Virus record (IMG/VR): IMGVR_UViG_3300047290_000213
Coordinates: 1-28,567 of that record
Direction: 5' to 3' (one strand)
Source of the DNA: a virus
Lineage: Duplodnaviria; Caudoviricetes
Length of the DNA stretch: 28,567 nucleotides
Under the pieces are notes generated by a model that made no database searches, was not told the origin of the DNA, and saw only the letters and a program-made list of their open reading frames with translations. Made by a program: the position numbers and the translations under genes. Positions 16,119-25,241 of the stretch are shown here, one piece after another (position 1 is the stretch's first letter; every line of letters starts with the position of its first letter).

Positions 16119-16548
16119 TCTCAAAACACTGTTGGCCACCGAATATGCATTCGTGATCAAGGCCCAATTTTTCCACTGGAACGTGGAAGGTCCTGACTTC
16201 GCCCAGCTGCACGAATTCTTTGGTGAGCTATATGAGGAGGTCTATGGCAACAGCATCGACCGTACCGCGGAATTTATCCGTGTGCTGGATGACTATGCGC
16301 CGGGCAGCTTGGAACGTTTTACAGAGCTGAGCCAGATCGCTGGACAGCTTAGGGTACCTCGAGCACGGCTCATGATAGAAGAACTGCTGGCCGATAATCA
16401 GCGTCTCATGGATCTATTGAATCAATGTTTTGACTCTGCCACCAGCGAGAAACAGGAAGGCATCGCTAACTTCATAGCCGAACGCCTTGACGCGCAGGGC
16501 AAGCATGCCTGGATGCTGCGCAGTTTCCTGAAAGATCAGCGAGCATGA
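16105..16548 (+). CDS. dps: Dps-family ferritin-like DNA protection protein
   Basis: HWNVEGPDFAQLHEFF..D.TAE..R and KHAWML; TAAATA at 16061-16066 upstream. Confidence 0.9.
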   Translation: MLKDDLKTLLATEYAFVIKAQFFHWNVEGPDFAQLHEFFGELYEEVYGNSIDRTAEFIRVLDDYAPGSLERFTELSQIAGQLRVPRARLMIEELLADNQRLMDLLNQCFDSATSEKQEGIANFIAERLDAQGKHAWMLRSFLKDQRA

Positions 16549-17168
16549 GCGGCGATATCCGAGACCTGCTGCACAAGCTGACCACTATCGCAGAGGCGGA
16601 TACCACACCAGTCACGGTCAAACAAGGACTCAATGCCCAGCAGAAACGAGCGGATCAACTGCCCGCTCTGTTTCGCCCCCATAACATATCAGTGCTTGAC
16701 AATCCCACCGATCCCCAACATCCCATGAAAGGCAAAGCCGTGGGCAGCCTAGAAGAACGCATGGGAGAAATAGAAGAAGACATGTTGGGCAAGATCCGCC
16801 GTGACCTCAATGACTACATGCGTGACCTCGAGGACCGAGTGCATGACGACGGCCAGCGTGCGAAAAAACCCCATCTAGCTGACATTCAAAAGAAAGACGG
16901 CCAGGACCGTGACCTCATGGTCAAGGCCAAACAGGCCGTGGATCAAGGCATAGCACAAGAATCCGATCTGGTGGACACGGTGGCCATGGAAGATGGCAGC
17001 ATAGTGACCATACACGGATCCCCCCAGGCGGGTTATCGTGTGCGCCGCGGCGATAGACAAATGCCCAGCAGCTTCGACGATCTAGCCCATGCGCGAATGG
17101 CCCTGGATCTGTATCGTGCTCGCCAGCGTGAACATGACCAAAGCCAGGACTATGTAGAGGAACGGTAA
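16545..17168 (+). CDS. Hypothetical protein
   Basis: ATGA-coupled 207-aa ORF, charged and helical. Confidence 0.65.
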   Translation: MSGDIRDLLHKLTTIAEADTTPVTVKQGLNAQQKRADQLPALFRPHNISVLDNPTDPQHPMKGKAVGSLEERMGEIEEDMLGKIRRDLNDYMRDLEDRVHDDGQRAKKPHLADIQKKDGQDRDLMVKAKQAVDQGIAQESDLVDTVAMEDGSIVTIHGSPQAGYRVRRGDRQMPSSFDDLAHARMALDLYRARQREHDQSQDYVEER

Positions 17169-18340
17169 TGCTGATATCAGAAGTCAGGCATGATCAAATC
17201 ATCCAAGATGCGGTGACCGCACAGGGTCGCAGAAATCAAGCAGCTCTGTCACAGACCAATCGTGGATCAACTGCCAACATACCCATTCAGCCTCAGCCCA
17301 CTACCAGTAGTGTAGGTGCGGAACCCGCTGGTCAACGGAGTCGTGCTGACGTTGCCAAATCCTATGCATCCAGTATCAAACCCGCGGTCACTACTCCCAC
17401 TGCTATATCATCCCCTGCTGTGGCAGCCAATCCAGCCCAAAAAACCAACGCCGAATGGGCTAAGAGCGCGGGCTTTCCCAGTGTGGCCGCATGGTACGGT
17501 GATCTAAATCGCAAGCTGCTTTCTCCTGATCCCAAGATAGCAGGACAGGCAGCGGTGGATCTGCGTAATTACGAAAAAAACAAACAGCAAGACCGTGCAG
17601 AACTGAATCAACCAAAGGCGACGCCAGCAACGTCTGCGCCTGCTTCATCATGGGTGGGACAAAACACTGACAAACCTGCGATCCTACGCAAGCAACAGGC
17701 GCAAGGCCAAACCACAACGCCCCCCACTACCAACCCTGTGGCGGACAAAACGCAAAGCGAAATCAACGCCCTGCGTAAAGTAGGCGATGCAGATAAAAAA
17801 CAGGCCCTGAGTAAACAGGCCGCGTCCTTGGCGCAGCGAGAAAAAAATATCCGTGGACAAGGTTACGTGAATCCCGCTGGCAAAGCCCGACAAAATTACA
17901 AAGCATGGTCAAGAGATCAACGCCTCCAAGCCCAAGGCTATCAGCGTCAAGGGCAGGCTGGATTGGCCGGTCCTGGTGCAACTGTTTCCGCTCAAAAACA
18001 GGTGACCCGAGAGATCGACGCTGACATAGACGATTTGATCCGGACCTTGAGAAAAGCCGACGCGGTGGCAGCGCCGGCCTATGTCAAATACATACGCGAT
18101 AGGTTGGATCAGACTTTTGGACCCGCAGCACAGTCCCCGATGAAAGTGGTCAAAGGAGGTGCTCCAACCGGTACTGAACCCGTGAGTATTGGTGGCCAAA
18201 AACTCAATCCCAAAGATCCCAAAGACGCTGAACTGATAGCCCGAGCTCGGGCAGCAGGTGCGGTGGCCGAGGAGCTGGTCTGGAGCAAGCACTGGGATCC
18301 GACTCGACGTCTGCTCAAAGGTCTAGCACATGACCAATAA
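17168..18340 (+). CDS. Hypothetical A/Q/P/T-rich protein
   Basis: TAATG-coupled 390-aa ORF, low complexity; starts MLISEV. Confidence 0.65.
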   Translation: MLISEVRHDQIIQDAVTAQGRRNQAALSQTNRGSTANIPIQPQPTTSSVGAEPAGQRSRADVAKSYASSIKPAVTTPTAISSPAVAANPAQKTNAEWAKSAGFPSVAAWYGDLNRKLLSPDPKIAGQAAVDLRNYEKNKQQDRAELNQPKATPATSAPASSWVGQNTDKPAILRKQQAQGQTTTPPTTNPVADKTQSEINALRKVGDADKKQALSKQAASLAQREKNIRGQGYVNPAGKARQNYKAWSRDQRLQAQGYQRQGQAGLAGPGATVSAQKQVTREIDADIDDLIRTLRKADAVAAPAYVKYIRDRLDQTFGPAAQSPMKVVKGGAPTGTEPVSIGGQKLNPKDPKDAELIARARAAGAVAEELVWSKHWDPTRRLLKGLAHDQ

Positions 18341-18407
18341 TCCCTATCCCGTTTGGCCCCAACCCGACGGTTATGATCTACCCCAAAACCCCTACAGCCC
18401 TGTTTGA
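18330..18407 (+). CDS. Putative 25-aa peptide MTNNPYPVWPQPDGYDLPQNPYSPV
   Basis: Overlaps the previous stop, fills the gap and ends inside the terminator; internal NPY-(S)-PV repeat. Confidence 0.45.
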   Translation: MTNNPYPVWPQPDGYDLPQNPYSPV

Positions 18408-18421
18408 CAGGGCTTTTTTTT
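18396..18421 (+). terminator. Intrinsic terminator
   Basis: AGCCCTGT-TTG-ACAGGGCT perfect 8-bp stem followed by a T run. Confidence 0.8.
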
Positions 18422-18431
18422 GTGTTACAAT
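18404..18431 (+). promoter_or_regulatory. Sigma70-type promoter for pit
   Basis: TTGACA-16 nt-TACAAT; AGGAG SD downstream. Confidence 0.55.
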
Positions 18432-18453
18432 ATGATTACAACAGGAGAAAACA

Positions 18454-19449
18454 ATGTTTGAAGCTATGTTATGGTCAGCGGTAGTGCTGATCGCTGTCGC
18501 GCTAATTTTTGATTTTACCAATGGATTCCATGATGCTGCCAACAGCATCGCCACAGTGGTAGCTACCAAGACACTGACCCCGTTCCAAGCCGTGGCCATG
18601 GCGGCGTTTTTCAATTTCGTGATCATGTTCTTTATCACGTTCAAGGTGGCCGCGGCCATCGGCAAGGGCATAATAGACCCCACGGCTGTGACCCTGTACG
18701 TGGTGTTTGGTTGCCTAGCCGGTGCCATATGTTGGAACATCATAACTTGGCTGTTTGGCATGCCCACCAGCTCAAGCCATGCCCTAATAGGTGGTCTAGT
18801 GGGCGCTGCGGTAACGTCATCGGGCTGGAACGTGGTCATGGAGGACGGCCTGTATCGTATCCTGGCCTTTATCATAGCAGCACCCATAATTGGTTTTGTG
18901 TTGGGCGCTGGCATCAACACCATCATGCGCAATGTGTTCCCCCGGGAACGACCCTGGCATGATCGATGGTTCCGGCGCATGCAGTTGGTATCCAGCGCCT
19001 GTTATAGCATGGGACACGGCGCCAATGATGCTCAAAAGACCGCGGGCATCATATTCCTGATCCTGCTGGCCAGCAACATGATCTCAGCCACCGACCCCAT
19101 ACCCATGTGGGCCATCTGGGCTTCGTTCGTGGTCATGGGCCTGGGCACCTTGGCCGGGGGCTGGCGTATAGTGCAGACTCTGGGATTTCAACTCACCCAT
19201 CTGTCGCCCCGTCAGGGCTTTGCTGCTGAAACAGGCGGCAGCGTGATGCTGTTCACGGCCAGCGCCATGGGCATCCCAGTCTCTACCACGCACACCATAA
19301 CAGGTGCCATATTGGGCACTGGAGCCAGCGAACCTCGTCCCGAGGTCAAGTGGAAAAAGGCCGGAGAGATCGTTATGGCCTGGATCTTGACCATTCCCTG
19401 TTCGGCCCTAATGGGCAGCGCGTTCTACTATATCGCCAGTCACGCTTGA
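18454..19449 (+). CDS. pit: PiT family inorganic phosphate transporter
   Basis: NGFHDAANSIAT, PTSSSHA, GHGANDAQK and PVSTTH signatures; multiple TM segments. Confidence 0.92.
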   Translation: MFEAMLWSAVVLIAVALIFDFTNGFHDAANSIATVVATKTLTPFQAVAMAAFFNFVIMFFITFKVAAAIGKGIIDPTAVTLYVVFGCLAGAICWNIITWLFGMPTSSSHALIGGLVGAAVTSSGWNVVMEDGLYRILAFIIAAPIIGFVLGAGINTIMRNVFPRERPWHDRWFRRMQLVSSACYSMGHGANDAQKTAGIIFLILLASNMISATDPIPMWAIWASFVVMGLGTLAGGWRIVQTLGFQLTHLSPRQGFAAETGGSVMLFTASAMGIPVSTTHTITGAILGTGASEPRPEVKWKKAGEIVMAWILTIPCSALMGSAFYYIASHA

Positions 19450-19474
19450 CATAGCCGTGCTTGGCGTGTAATAT
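19446..19474 (+). promoter_or_regulatory. Sigma70-type promoter
   Basis: TTGACA-17 nt-TAATAT with TG just upstream; AAGGAG SD follows. Confidence 0.6.
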
Positions 19475-19493
19475 ACATTCTTTCAAGGAGATC

Positions 19494-19757
19494 ATGATGA
19501 ACAACCGAACTTTTACCGCTGAACAAAAAGCCAAACTCACGCAGATCATCAACGAGGGTATGCAGGTCATGATGGAAGTGGATACCCTGAATGAAGGGCT
19601 CAACGACACAATCAAGGCCGTGGCCGAAGAGATGGAGATCAAACCTGCCATCCTGAAGAAAGCCGTCAAGCTGGCACACAAGGCCGCGTTTGGACAGGAA
19701 CAACAGGATCACGAGCTCCTGGAAACTATCCTGACCACGGTGGGCAAAACCATCTGA
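19494..19757 (+). CDS. Small dsDNA-binding protein (T4 DsbA / GapR-like)
   Basis: Helical 87-aa protein, L.Q.I.E..DTIKAVAEEMEIKPAILKKAVKLAHK pattern; start after AAGGAG. Confidence 0.55.
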   Translation: MMNNRTFTAEQKAKLTQIINEGMQVMMEVDTLNEGLNDTIKAVAEEMEIKPAILKKAVKLAHKAAFGQEQQDHELLETILTTVGKTI

Positions 19758-20413
19758 TGCAGAGTACCGTGCAAGACTTTTGGTTGAACGACATCAATCG
19801 TTGTCTGGTCAAAGACCATGTTGTCTATGTCAATCATCCCAAATGTGCCAGCACCTATTACACCAATCTGCTGACCAACAATGGGTGGCACGTATTGGCC
19901 TACAAGGACATTGATTGGTTCAAGCATGATGTATTTGGTTTTTTTATGGATCCGTTGGTCAAGCATGCCAAGGCCATTACCGAAGATCTGGTTTCTAGAC
20001 ACCCGGACCAAGTCGATAAGATCCTGGGCATGGGATCGACATTTTTCCAAGATCTAGGTCTGTTTGGATGGCACAGCATGCCTCTTTGGTTGAGATTTGG
20101 GCGCCATGTAGATCACATCACGTGGATACCATTGGATGCCGAAGAGTCCAGCGACAACCTTTTGGCCAAATATCTTGAACATCATGGTTTGACTGTGAAC
20201 TTCGCCCCAACAGTCGCGCACCGTTCAGACGCACAAAAATTGCAGATATTCTCTCAGGTCCGATCATTGATTGGCAGCGGATCTGCTATAATATGGCAAG
20301 TGCTGGCACGCGATCTGGATCTGTACAATCACATACGCTGTCAGATGAACTGCTATGAAACACAATGGCTCAGCATGTATGGTTACCGGCCCGGATCAAG
20401 CGAGACTAAGTAA
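19757..20413 (+). CDS. Sulfotransferase-fold-like protein
   Basis: YVNHPKCASTY resembles the PAPS-binding loop; FFMDP and DLDLY match later family motifs weakly. Confidence 0.45.
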   Translation: MQSTVQDFWLNDINRCLVKDHVVYVNHPKCASTYYTNLLTNNGWHVLAYKDIDWFKHDVFGFFMDPLVKHAKAITEDLVSRHPDQVDKILGMGSTFFQDLGLFGWHSMPLWLRFGRHVDHITWIPLDAEESSDNLLAKYLEHHGLTVNFAPTVAHRSDAQKLQIFSQVRSLIGSGSAIIWQVLARDLDLYNHIRCQMNCYETQWLSMYGYRPGSSETK

Positions 20414-20472
20414 CCTATCGCCCCCAATGGGCATGTAGAAAGGTATGCCGGCCACAAGCGGCAAGGAGAAGA

Positions 20473-23136
20473 ATGAGTTATATTGATGCGTTATTCGACC
20501 GCGAGCGCGATCGTATCCATATCATGGGAAGGCGAGATGGCGAACGCTACTATGAAGAACATCCCGCCAACTATGTGTTTTACTATGACGACCCCCGTGG
20601 CAAGTTCCGATCGATCTTTGGCACTTCCGTGGCCAGATTCTCTACCCGGCATGCCAAAGAGTTCCGCAAAGAACTCCGTATACAATCGGGCAAGAATCTC
20701 TACGAGAGCGACATCAACCCCATATTCCGCTGCCTAGCGGAAAACTACAAGGGTTCGGATGCACCCCGACTGCATACCGCGTTCTTTGACATTGAAGTTG
20801 ACTTTGATCCCGAGCGGGGATTCAGCAGGCCAGACGATCCGTTCAATCCCATCACCTCGGTTTCAGTCTATTTGAACTGGTTGGATCAGTTGGTCACACT
20901 GGCAGTTCCGCCCAAGGGACTCAGCATGGCCAGCGCACAGGAACTGGTCAAGGATTTTCCCAATACATTCCTGTTCGCCAAAGAAAGCGAGCTGCTGGAC
21001 ACATTCCTCAATCTTATAGATGATGCAGATGTGCTCACAGGCTGGAACTCCGAGGGCTACGACATACCCTACATGGTCATGCGCACTACCCGCGTGCTCA
21101 GCAAAGACGACACGCGACGTTTCTGCTTGTGGGGACAGATGCCCAAGCAGAGAACTTTTGAAAGGTTTGGGGCAGAAAGCCTCACGTTCGATCTGGTGGG
21201 GCGTGTGCACCTGGACTACATGCAGCTCTACCGCAAATACACCTACGAAGAGCGCCACAGCTATAGCCTAGATGCTATCTTGGAGTATGAAGGTCTGGAA
21301 GGCAAGACCAAGTACGAAGGTACCCTGGACCAGCTCTACAACAACGATTTCCGCAAGTTCATCGAATACAACAGGCAGGACGTGAACGGTCTGGCCCAGA
21401 TCGATCGCAAGCTCAAGTTCTTGGATCTAGCCAACACGCTGGCCCATGAAAACACCGTGCTCTTGCCCACCACCATGGGCGCGGTGGCTGTCACAGAGCA
21501 GGCCATCATCAACGAAGCCCATGAACGTGGCATGGTAGTGCCAGCCCGACGCGAAAGGCTTACCGACGAAGACACACAGGCGGCGGGCGCCTATGTGGCC
21601 TATCCCAAAAAAGGCATGCACGAGTGGATTGGTAGCATAGACATCAACAGTCTATATCCCAGCACGATCCGTGCTCTAAACATGGGTCCAGAGACCATCG
21701 TTGGCCAGCTGAGACCCATCATGACAGACAATCTCATACGCGAACGCATGACCCGGCAGAAAATGAGCTTTGCCTCAGCATGGGAAGGGCTATTCGCTAC
21801 TTTGGAATACACAGCCGTGATGGAACGCCAGAGGGGCACTGAAATCACGGTGGATTGGCAGAACGGCGAGCAGTCGGTGATGACAGGTGCTGAGATCTGG
21901 CGCATGATCTTTGACTCCAATCGACCCTGGACGCTGAGCGCCAACGGTACTATCTTTACCTACGAGAACGAGGGAGTGATCCCGGGCCTGCTCAAACGCT
22001 GGTACGCGGAACGCAAGGAGATGCAGGCCAAATTGCGAGCAGCCACTACCGAGCAGGACGAAGAATACTGGGACAAACGGCAGCTGGTCAAGAAGATCAA
22101 TCTCAACAGTCTCTACGGTGCCATATTGAATCCCGGTTGCAGATTCTTTGACAAACGCATCGGACAAAGTACCACGCTCACAGGACGCGCCATCGCCAAA
22201 CACATGGATGCTTATGTGAACGAATGTGTGACCGGACAGTATGATCATGTGGGCGATGCTATCATCTACGGCGATACTGATAGCTGCTATTTCAGCGCGT
22301 GGCCCGCTGTGCGCCATGAAGTAGAAGCTGGGCGTATGGAGTGGAACAAAGACATCTGCATCCAGCTCTACAACAGTATCGCGGATCAGGTCAATATCAG
22401 CTTTCCCGGATTTATGGAACAGGCGTTCCATTGTCCCCGTGACATGGGTCAGGTCATACGTGGTGGCCGAGAAATCGTGGCCAGCAAGGCCTTGTTTATA
22501 ACCAAGAAACGCTATGCTCTACAGTACTATGACAAAGAAAATCGTCGCTACGATGTAGAAGGTGCTGCGGGCAAGATCAAGGCCATGGGTCTAGATCTCA
22601 AACGGTCGGACACACCCAAAGTGATCCAAGATTTTCTCAGCGACATACTGCATGCAGTGTTGAACGGCGCTGAGCGAGATGAAGTGATCGGCAAGATCAT
22701 GGAATTCAAACTGCGTTTCCGCGAATGTCCGGCCTGGGAAAAAGGATCTCCCAAACGAGCCAACAATCTCACCATGTATGGCAAGAAAGAAGAGCGCGAA
22801 GGCAAAGCCAACATGCCGGGTCATGTGCGTGCGGCGCTGAACTGGAACAGCATGCGCAAGATCAACGGCGACAACTACACCATGCAGATCGTGGATGGCA
22901 TGAAAGTGGTGGTGTGCAAACTCAAACCCAATCCCCTGGGGTGGACCAGCATAGCCTACCCCACTGACGAGCTGCACTTGCCGCAGTGGTTTCGTGAGCT
23001 ACCATTCGACGATGATGCCATGGAGGCCACCGTGATAGACGGCAAACTGGACAATCTCCTGGGTGTGCTGGATTGGGACCTGGGCGCCAGCACCAACACT
23101 ACCAACACATTCCAAAGCCTTTTTTCGTTTGAATGA
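20473..23136 (+). CDS. polB: Family B DNA polymerase (T4 gp43-like)
   Basis: Exo motifs FDIEV, GWNSEGYDIPY, YNRQD; polymerase motifs DINSLYPS, KINLNSLYG, YGDTDS, KKRY. Confidence 0.97.
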   Translation: MSYIDALFDRERDRIHIMGRRDGERYYEEHPANYVFYYDDPRGKFRSIFGTSVARFSTRHAKEFRKELRIQSGKNLYESDINPIFRCLAENYKGSDAPRLHTAFFDIEVDFDPERGFSRPDDPFNPITSVSVYLNWLDQLVTLAVPPKGLSMASAQELVKDFPNTFLFAKESELLDTFLNLIDDADVLTGWNSEGYDIPYMVMRTTRVLSKDDTRRFCLWGQMPKQRTFERFGAESLTFDLVGRVHLDYMQLYRKYTYEERHSYSLDAILEYEGLEGKTKYEGTLDQLYNNDFRKFIEYNRQDVNGLAQIDRKLKFLDLANTLAHENTVLLPTTMGAVAVTEQAIINEAHERGMVVPARRERLTDEDTQAAGAYVAYPKKGMHEWIGSIDINSLYPSTIRALNMGPETIVGQLRPIMTDNLIRERMTRQKMSFASAWEGLFATLEYTAVMERQRGTEITVDWQNGEQSVMTGAEIWRMIFDSNRPWTLSANGTIFTYENEGVIPGLLKRWYAERKEMQAKLRAATTEQDEEYWDKRQLVKKINLNSLYGAILNPGCRFFDKRIGQSTTLTGRAIAKHMDAYVNECVTGQYDHVGDAIIYGDTDSCYFSAWPAVRHEVEAGRMEWNKDICIQLYNSIADQVNISFPGFMEQAFHCPRDMGQVIRGGREIVASKALFITKKRYALQYYDKENRRYDVEGAAGKIKAMGLDLKRSDTPKVIQDFLSDILHAVLNGAERDEVIGKIMEFKLRFRECPAWEKGSPKRANNLTMYGKKEEREGKANMPGHVRAALNWNSMRKINGDNYTMQIVDGMKVVVCKLKPNPLGWTSIAYPTDELHLPQWFRELPFDDDAMEATVIDGKLDNLLGVLDWDLGASTNTTNTFQSLFSFE

Positions 23137-24083
23137 TGCTGAGCCTGCACGTTCATCTGCTGAATCTAATCGATAGCTTTGACCTAGAACAGGCCAAGGA
23201 CCACGCTGATAGGCCCCTACAAGAGCTCATACTGACCCTGCGTCAGTGGGAATCTACTGCCGGCGCCGGCAATATCAAACCATTGGATCGAGCCAGGCAA
23301 TCGGTATGCGGGGCCTACGATGATTTTGGTCAACGACTGGCCAATCTCAAAAGCTATCTCAAGCAACAGATCGACCAGTTGGGCGCTCAATATTTGGCAT
23401 CCAGCACCCAGTGGTTCCAAAATGAAAGCTGTCATGAAAGTTCGCAATATAGGCTGGATCGCCGTTTGGCCGTGGACCCAGACAGCCAGGAACAGCTGGA
23501 GGGATGGCTACTGCGTGCAGCGGATTGGCGATGGCCGGGTTTGATCCTGGGTCCAGGCCGAGACCGTTGGATAGATCATCTGGTGGCTCTGGACCCGCTT
23601 TATATCGCGGATCTACGAGCAGATCTTTTGACGCCGGCGATATCTGGCTTTGATCCTCAGTATCAAAGACGACTGCGTGCCTATGTGATCAATGATACTG
23701 GTACTGCCCCGATCCTGGCGGACCTACCACAGTCACAGATGGGTTGGGTCCTGGCGTGGAATTATTTCAATTATCGACCTCTGGAAATGATAGATCGATA
23801 TCTGGGAGAACTATGGCGACTCATGCGCCCCGGTGGCCGTCTATTGTTCACGTTCAATGACTGTGACTATGCGCACGGAGTAGGTCTGGTGGAGCAGGGA
23901 CATTTCATGTGTTATACCCCGGGGCACATGATAGTGGAGAGGGCCCAAAGCCACGGTTGGGAAGTGGAACAAAGGCATCGGGGACTCAATGACGTGCAAT
24001 GGTTGGTGTTGCGCTATCCTGGGCAGATCAACAGCCTGCGCGGTGCACAATGTTTAGCCAAGATCGTTGCAAAATCTAAATAA
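23133..24083 (+). CDS. Coiled-coil N-terminus plus class I methyltransferase-like domain
   Basis: LILGPG, LAWNYFNY and LMRPGGRLLFTFND motifs. Confidence 0.55.
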   Translation: MMLSLHVHLLNLIDSFDLEQAKDHADRPLQELILTLRQWESTAGAGNIKPLDRARQSVCGAYDDFGQRLANLKSYLKQQIDQLGAQYLASSTQWFQNESCHESSQYRLDRRLAVDPDSQEQLEGWLLRAADWRWPGLILGPGRDRWIDHLVALDPLYIADLRADLLTPAISGFDPQYQRRLRAYVINDTGTAPILADLPQSQMGWVLAWNYFNYRPLEMIDRYLGELWRLMRPGGRLLFTFNDCDYAHGVGLVEQGHFMCYTPGHMIVERAQSHGWEVEQRHRGLNDVQWLVLRYPGQINSLRGAQCLAKIVAKSK

Positions 24084-24095
24084 CATCTGTATAAT
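24067..24095 (+). promoter_or_regulatory. Sigma70-type promoter with an embedded TAAATA
   Basis: TTGCAA-17 nt-TATAAT with extended TG; TAAATA at 24077-24082; AAGGAG SD. Confidence 0.7.
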
Positions 24096-24113
24096 GCTTG
24101 AAAGGAGAAACAC

Positions 24114-24842
24114 ATGCGTGACCATCTAATGGATCTAGTACAACACACCTTTGATCTGGGCCTGATCGAAACCATCAAGATCGAAGGTACCGAAAAAGAA
24201 ACTGTGATCAAAGGATCACCAACCCAAGACCAAAGTCTGGTCATGGAGGGCAATTTTGCAGGGCCCGTGGCAGAATTCGTGGGCATGTTTGGCATGCCCA
24301 ATCTCGGCAAACTCAAGGTACTCCTGAATCTAGAGGAGTATCGAGAAAATGCCAGGCTGACCATCAGCCGGCGAGAAACAGGTGAACCCGAGGCCATCAA
24401 CTTTGAAAATGCCGCGGGCGACTTCCGCAACAGCTACAGATTCATGTCAGCCAGTGCTGCCAACAGCCAGATCAAAACGGTGAAATTCAAGGGTGTGAGC
24501 AAATGGCATGTGGAGTTTGAGCCCACGGTGGCTGGCATACAGAGGCTCAAATGGCAGGCTTCGGCCAACGCTGAAGAACCCAATTTCACGGTCAAGGTAG
24601 ACAAGGGTGATCTCAAATTGTTCTTTGGTGATCCCAGCACACACTCAGGGGAATTTGTGTTTCACACCAACATCAAAGGTGATATCAAACGAGCTTGGGC
24701 GTTCCCCGTCAAGGTAGTATTGCCCATCTTGGATCTAGTGGGCGACAAAACCTTCCGTATCAGCGACGATGGCTGCGCCCAGATCACCGTGGACTCGGGC
24801 TTGGCCGTGTACAACTACATCCTTCCCGCGCACAGCAAATAA
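24114..24842 (+). CDS. Probable DNA sliding clamp / processivity factor (gp45/PCNA-like)
   Basis: 242 aa, two-fold alpha/beta pattern, ending ..YNYILPA; close to the polymerase. Confidence 0.55.
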   Translation: MRDHLMDLVQHTFDLGLIETIKIEGTEKETVIKGSPTQDQSLVMEGNFAGPVAEFVGMFGMPNLGKLKVLLNLEEYRENARLTISRRETGEPEAINFENAAGDFRNSYRFMSASAANSQIKTVKFKGVSKWHVEFEPTVAGIQRLKWQASANAEEPNFTVKVDKGDLKLFFGDPSTHSGEFVFHTNIKGDIKRAWAFPVKVVLPILDLVGDKTFRISDDGCAQITVDSGLAVYNYILPAHSK

Positions 24843-24843
24843 C

Positions 24844-25233
24844 ATGAGCAACGGCGCCCAAAGAGTACCAACCCAGGCCGACTTCGATCTGGAGCGCATG
24901 ATCAGTGTGCTGGACGAGGCCATGACCAGCGACGATCCCCGTGTGCTGGAATGCCTGCGCAACCTCATGATGATCGTGGCCTTGGTCAAGCCCGAAGTGC
25001 GTGGCGAACACCATGCGCGGCGGAACGGTCCCTTGCGCCAGCTGTTTGAGGACATGCACGAGCTCAATCGGCTGGGTCAAGTGGAGGGAGAGCTTCGCAG
25101 GTATCAGAAATCCACCATCCATGACATGGAAAAACGCCTGTATGAGCAGCAGGTCGCCAAAACCTGGATCACTGATACTACCACCCTCCCCCAGGGGCTG
25201 GAATGGAAATACAACGGCCCAACTACTACCTAG
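24844..25233 (+). CDS. Hypothetical protein
   Basis: ATG immediately after the clamp stop; helical. Confidence 0.55.
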   Translation: MSNGAQRVPTQADFDLERMISVLDEAMTSDDPRVLECLRNLMMIVALVKPEVRGEHHARRNGPLRQLFEDMHELNRLGQVEGELRRYQKSTIHDMEKRLYEQQVAKTWITDTTTLPQGLEWKYNGPTTT

Positions 25234-25241
25234 GAAAACAT

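Noticed and set aside
20473-23136. Intein, intron or split in the DNA polymerase
   Set aside because: Continuous 887-aa ORF with all motifs in order and no intein termini.
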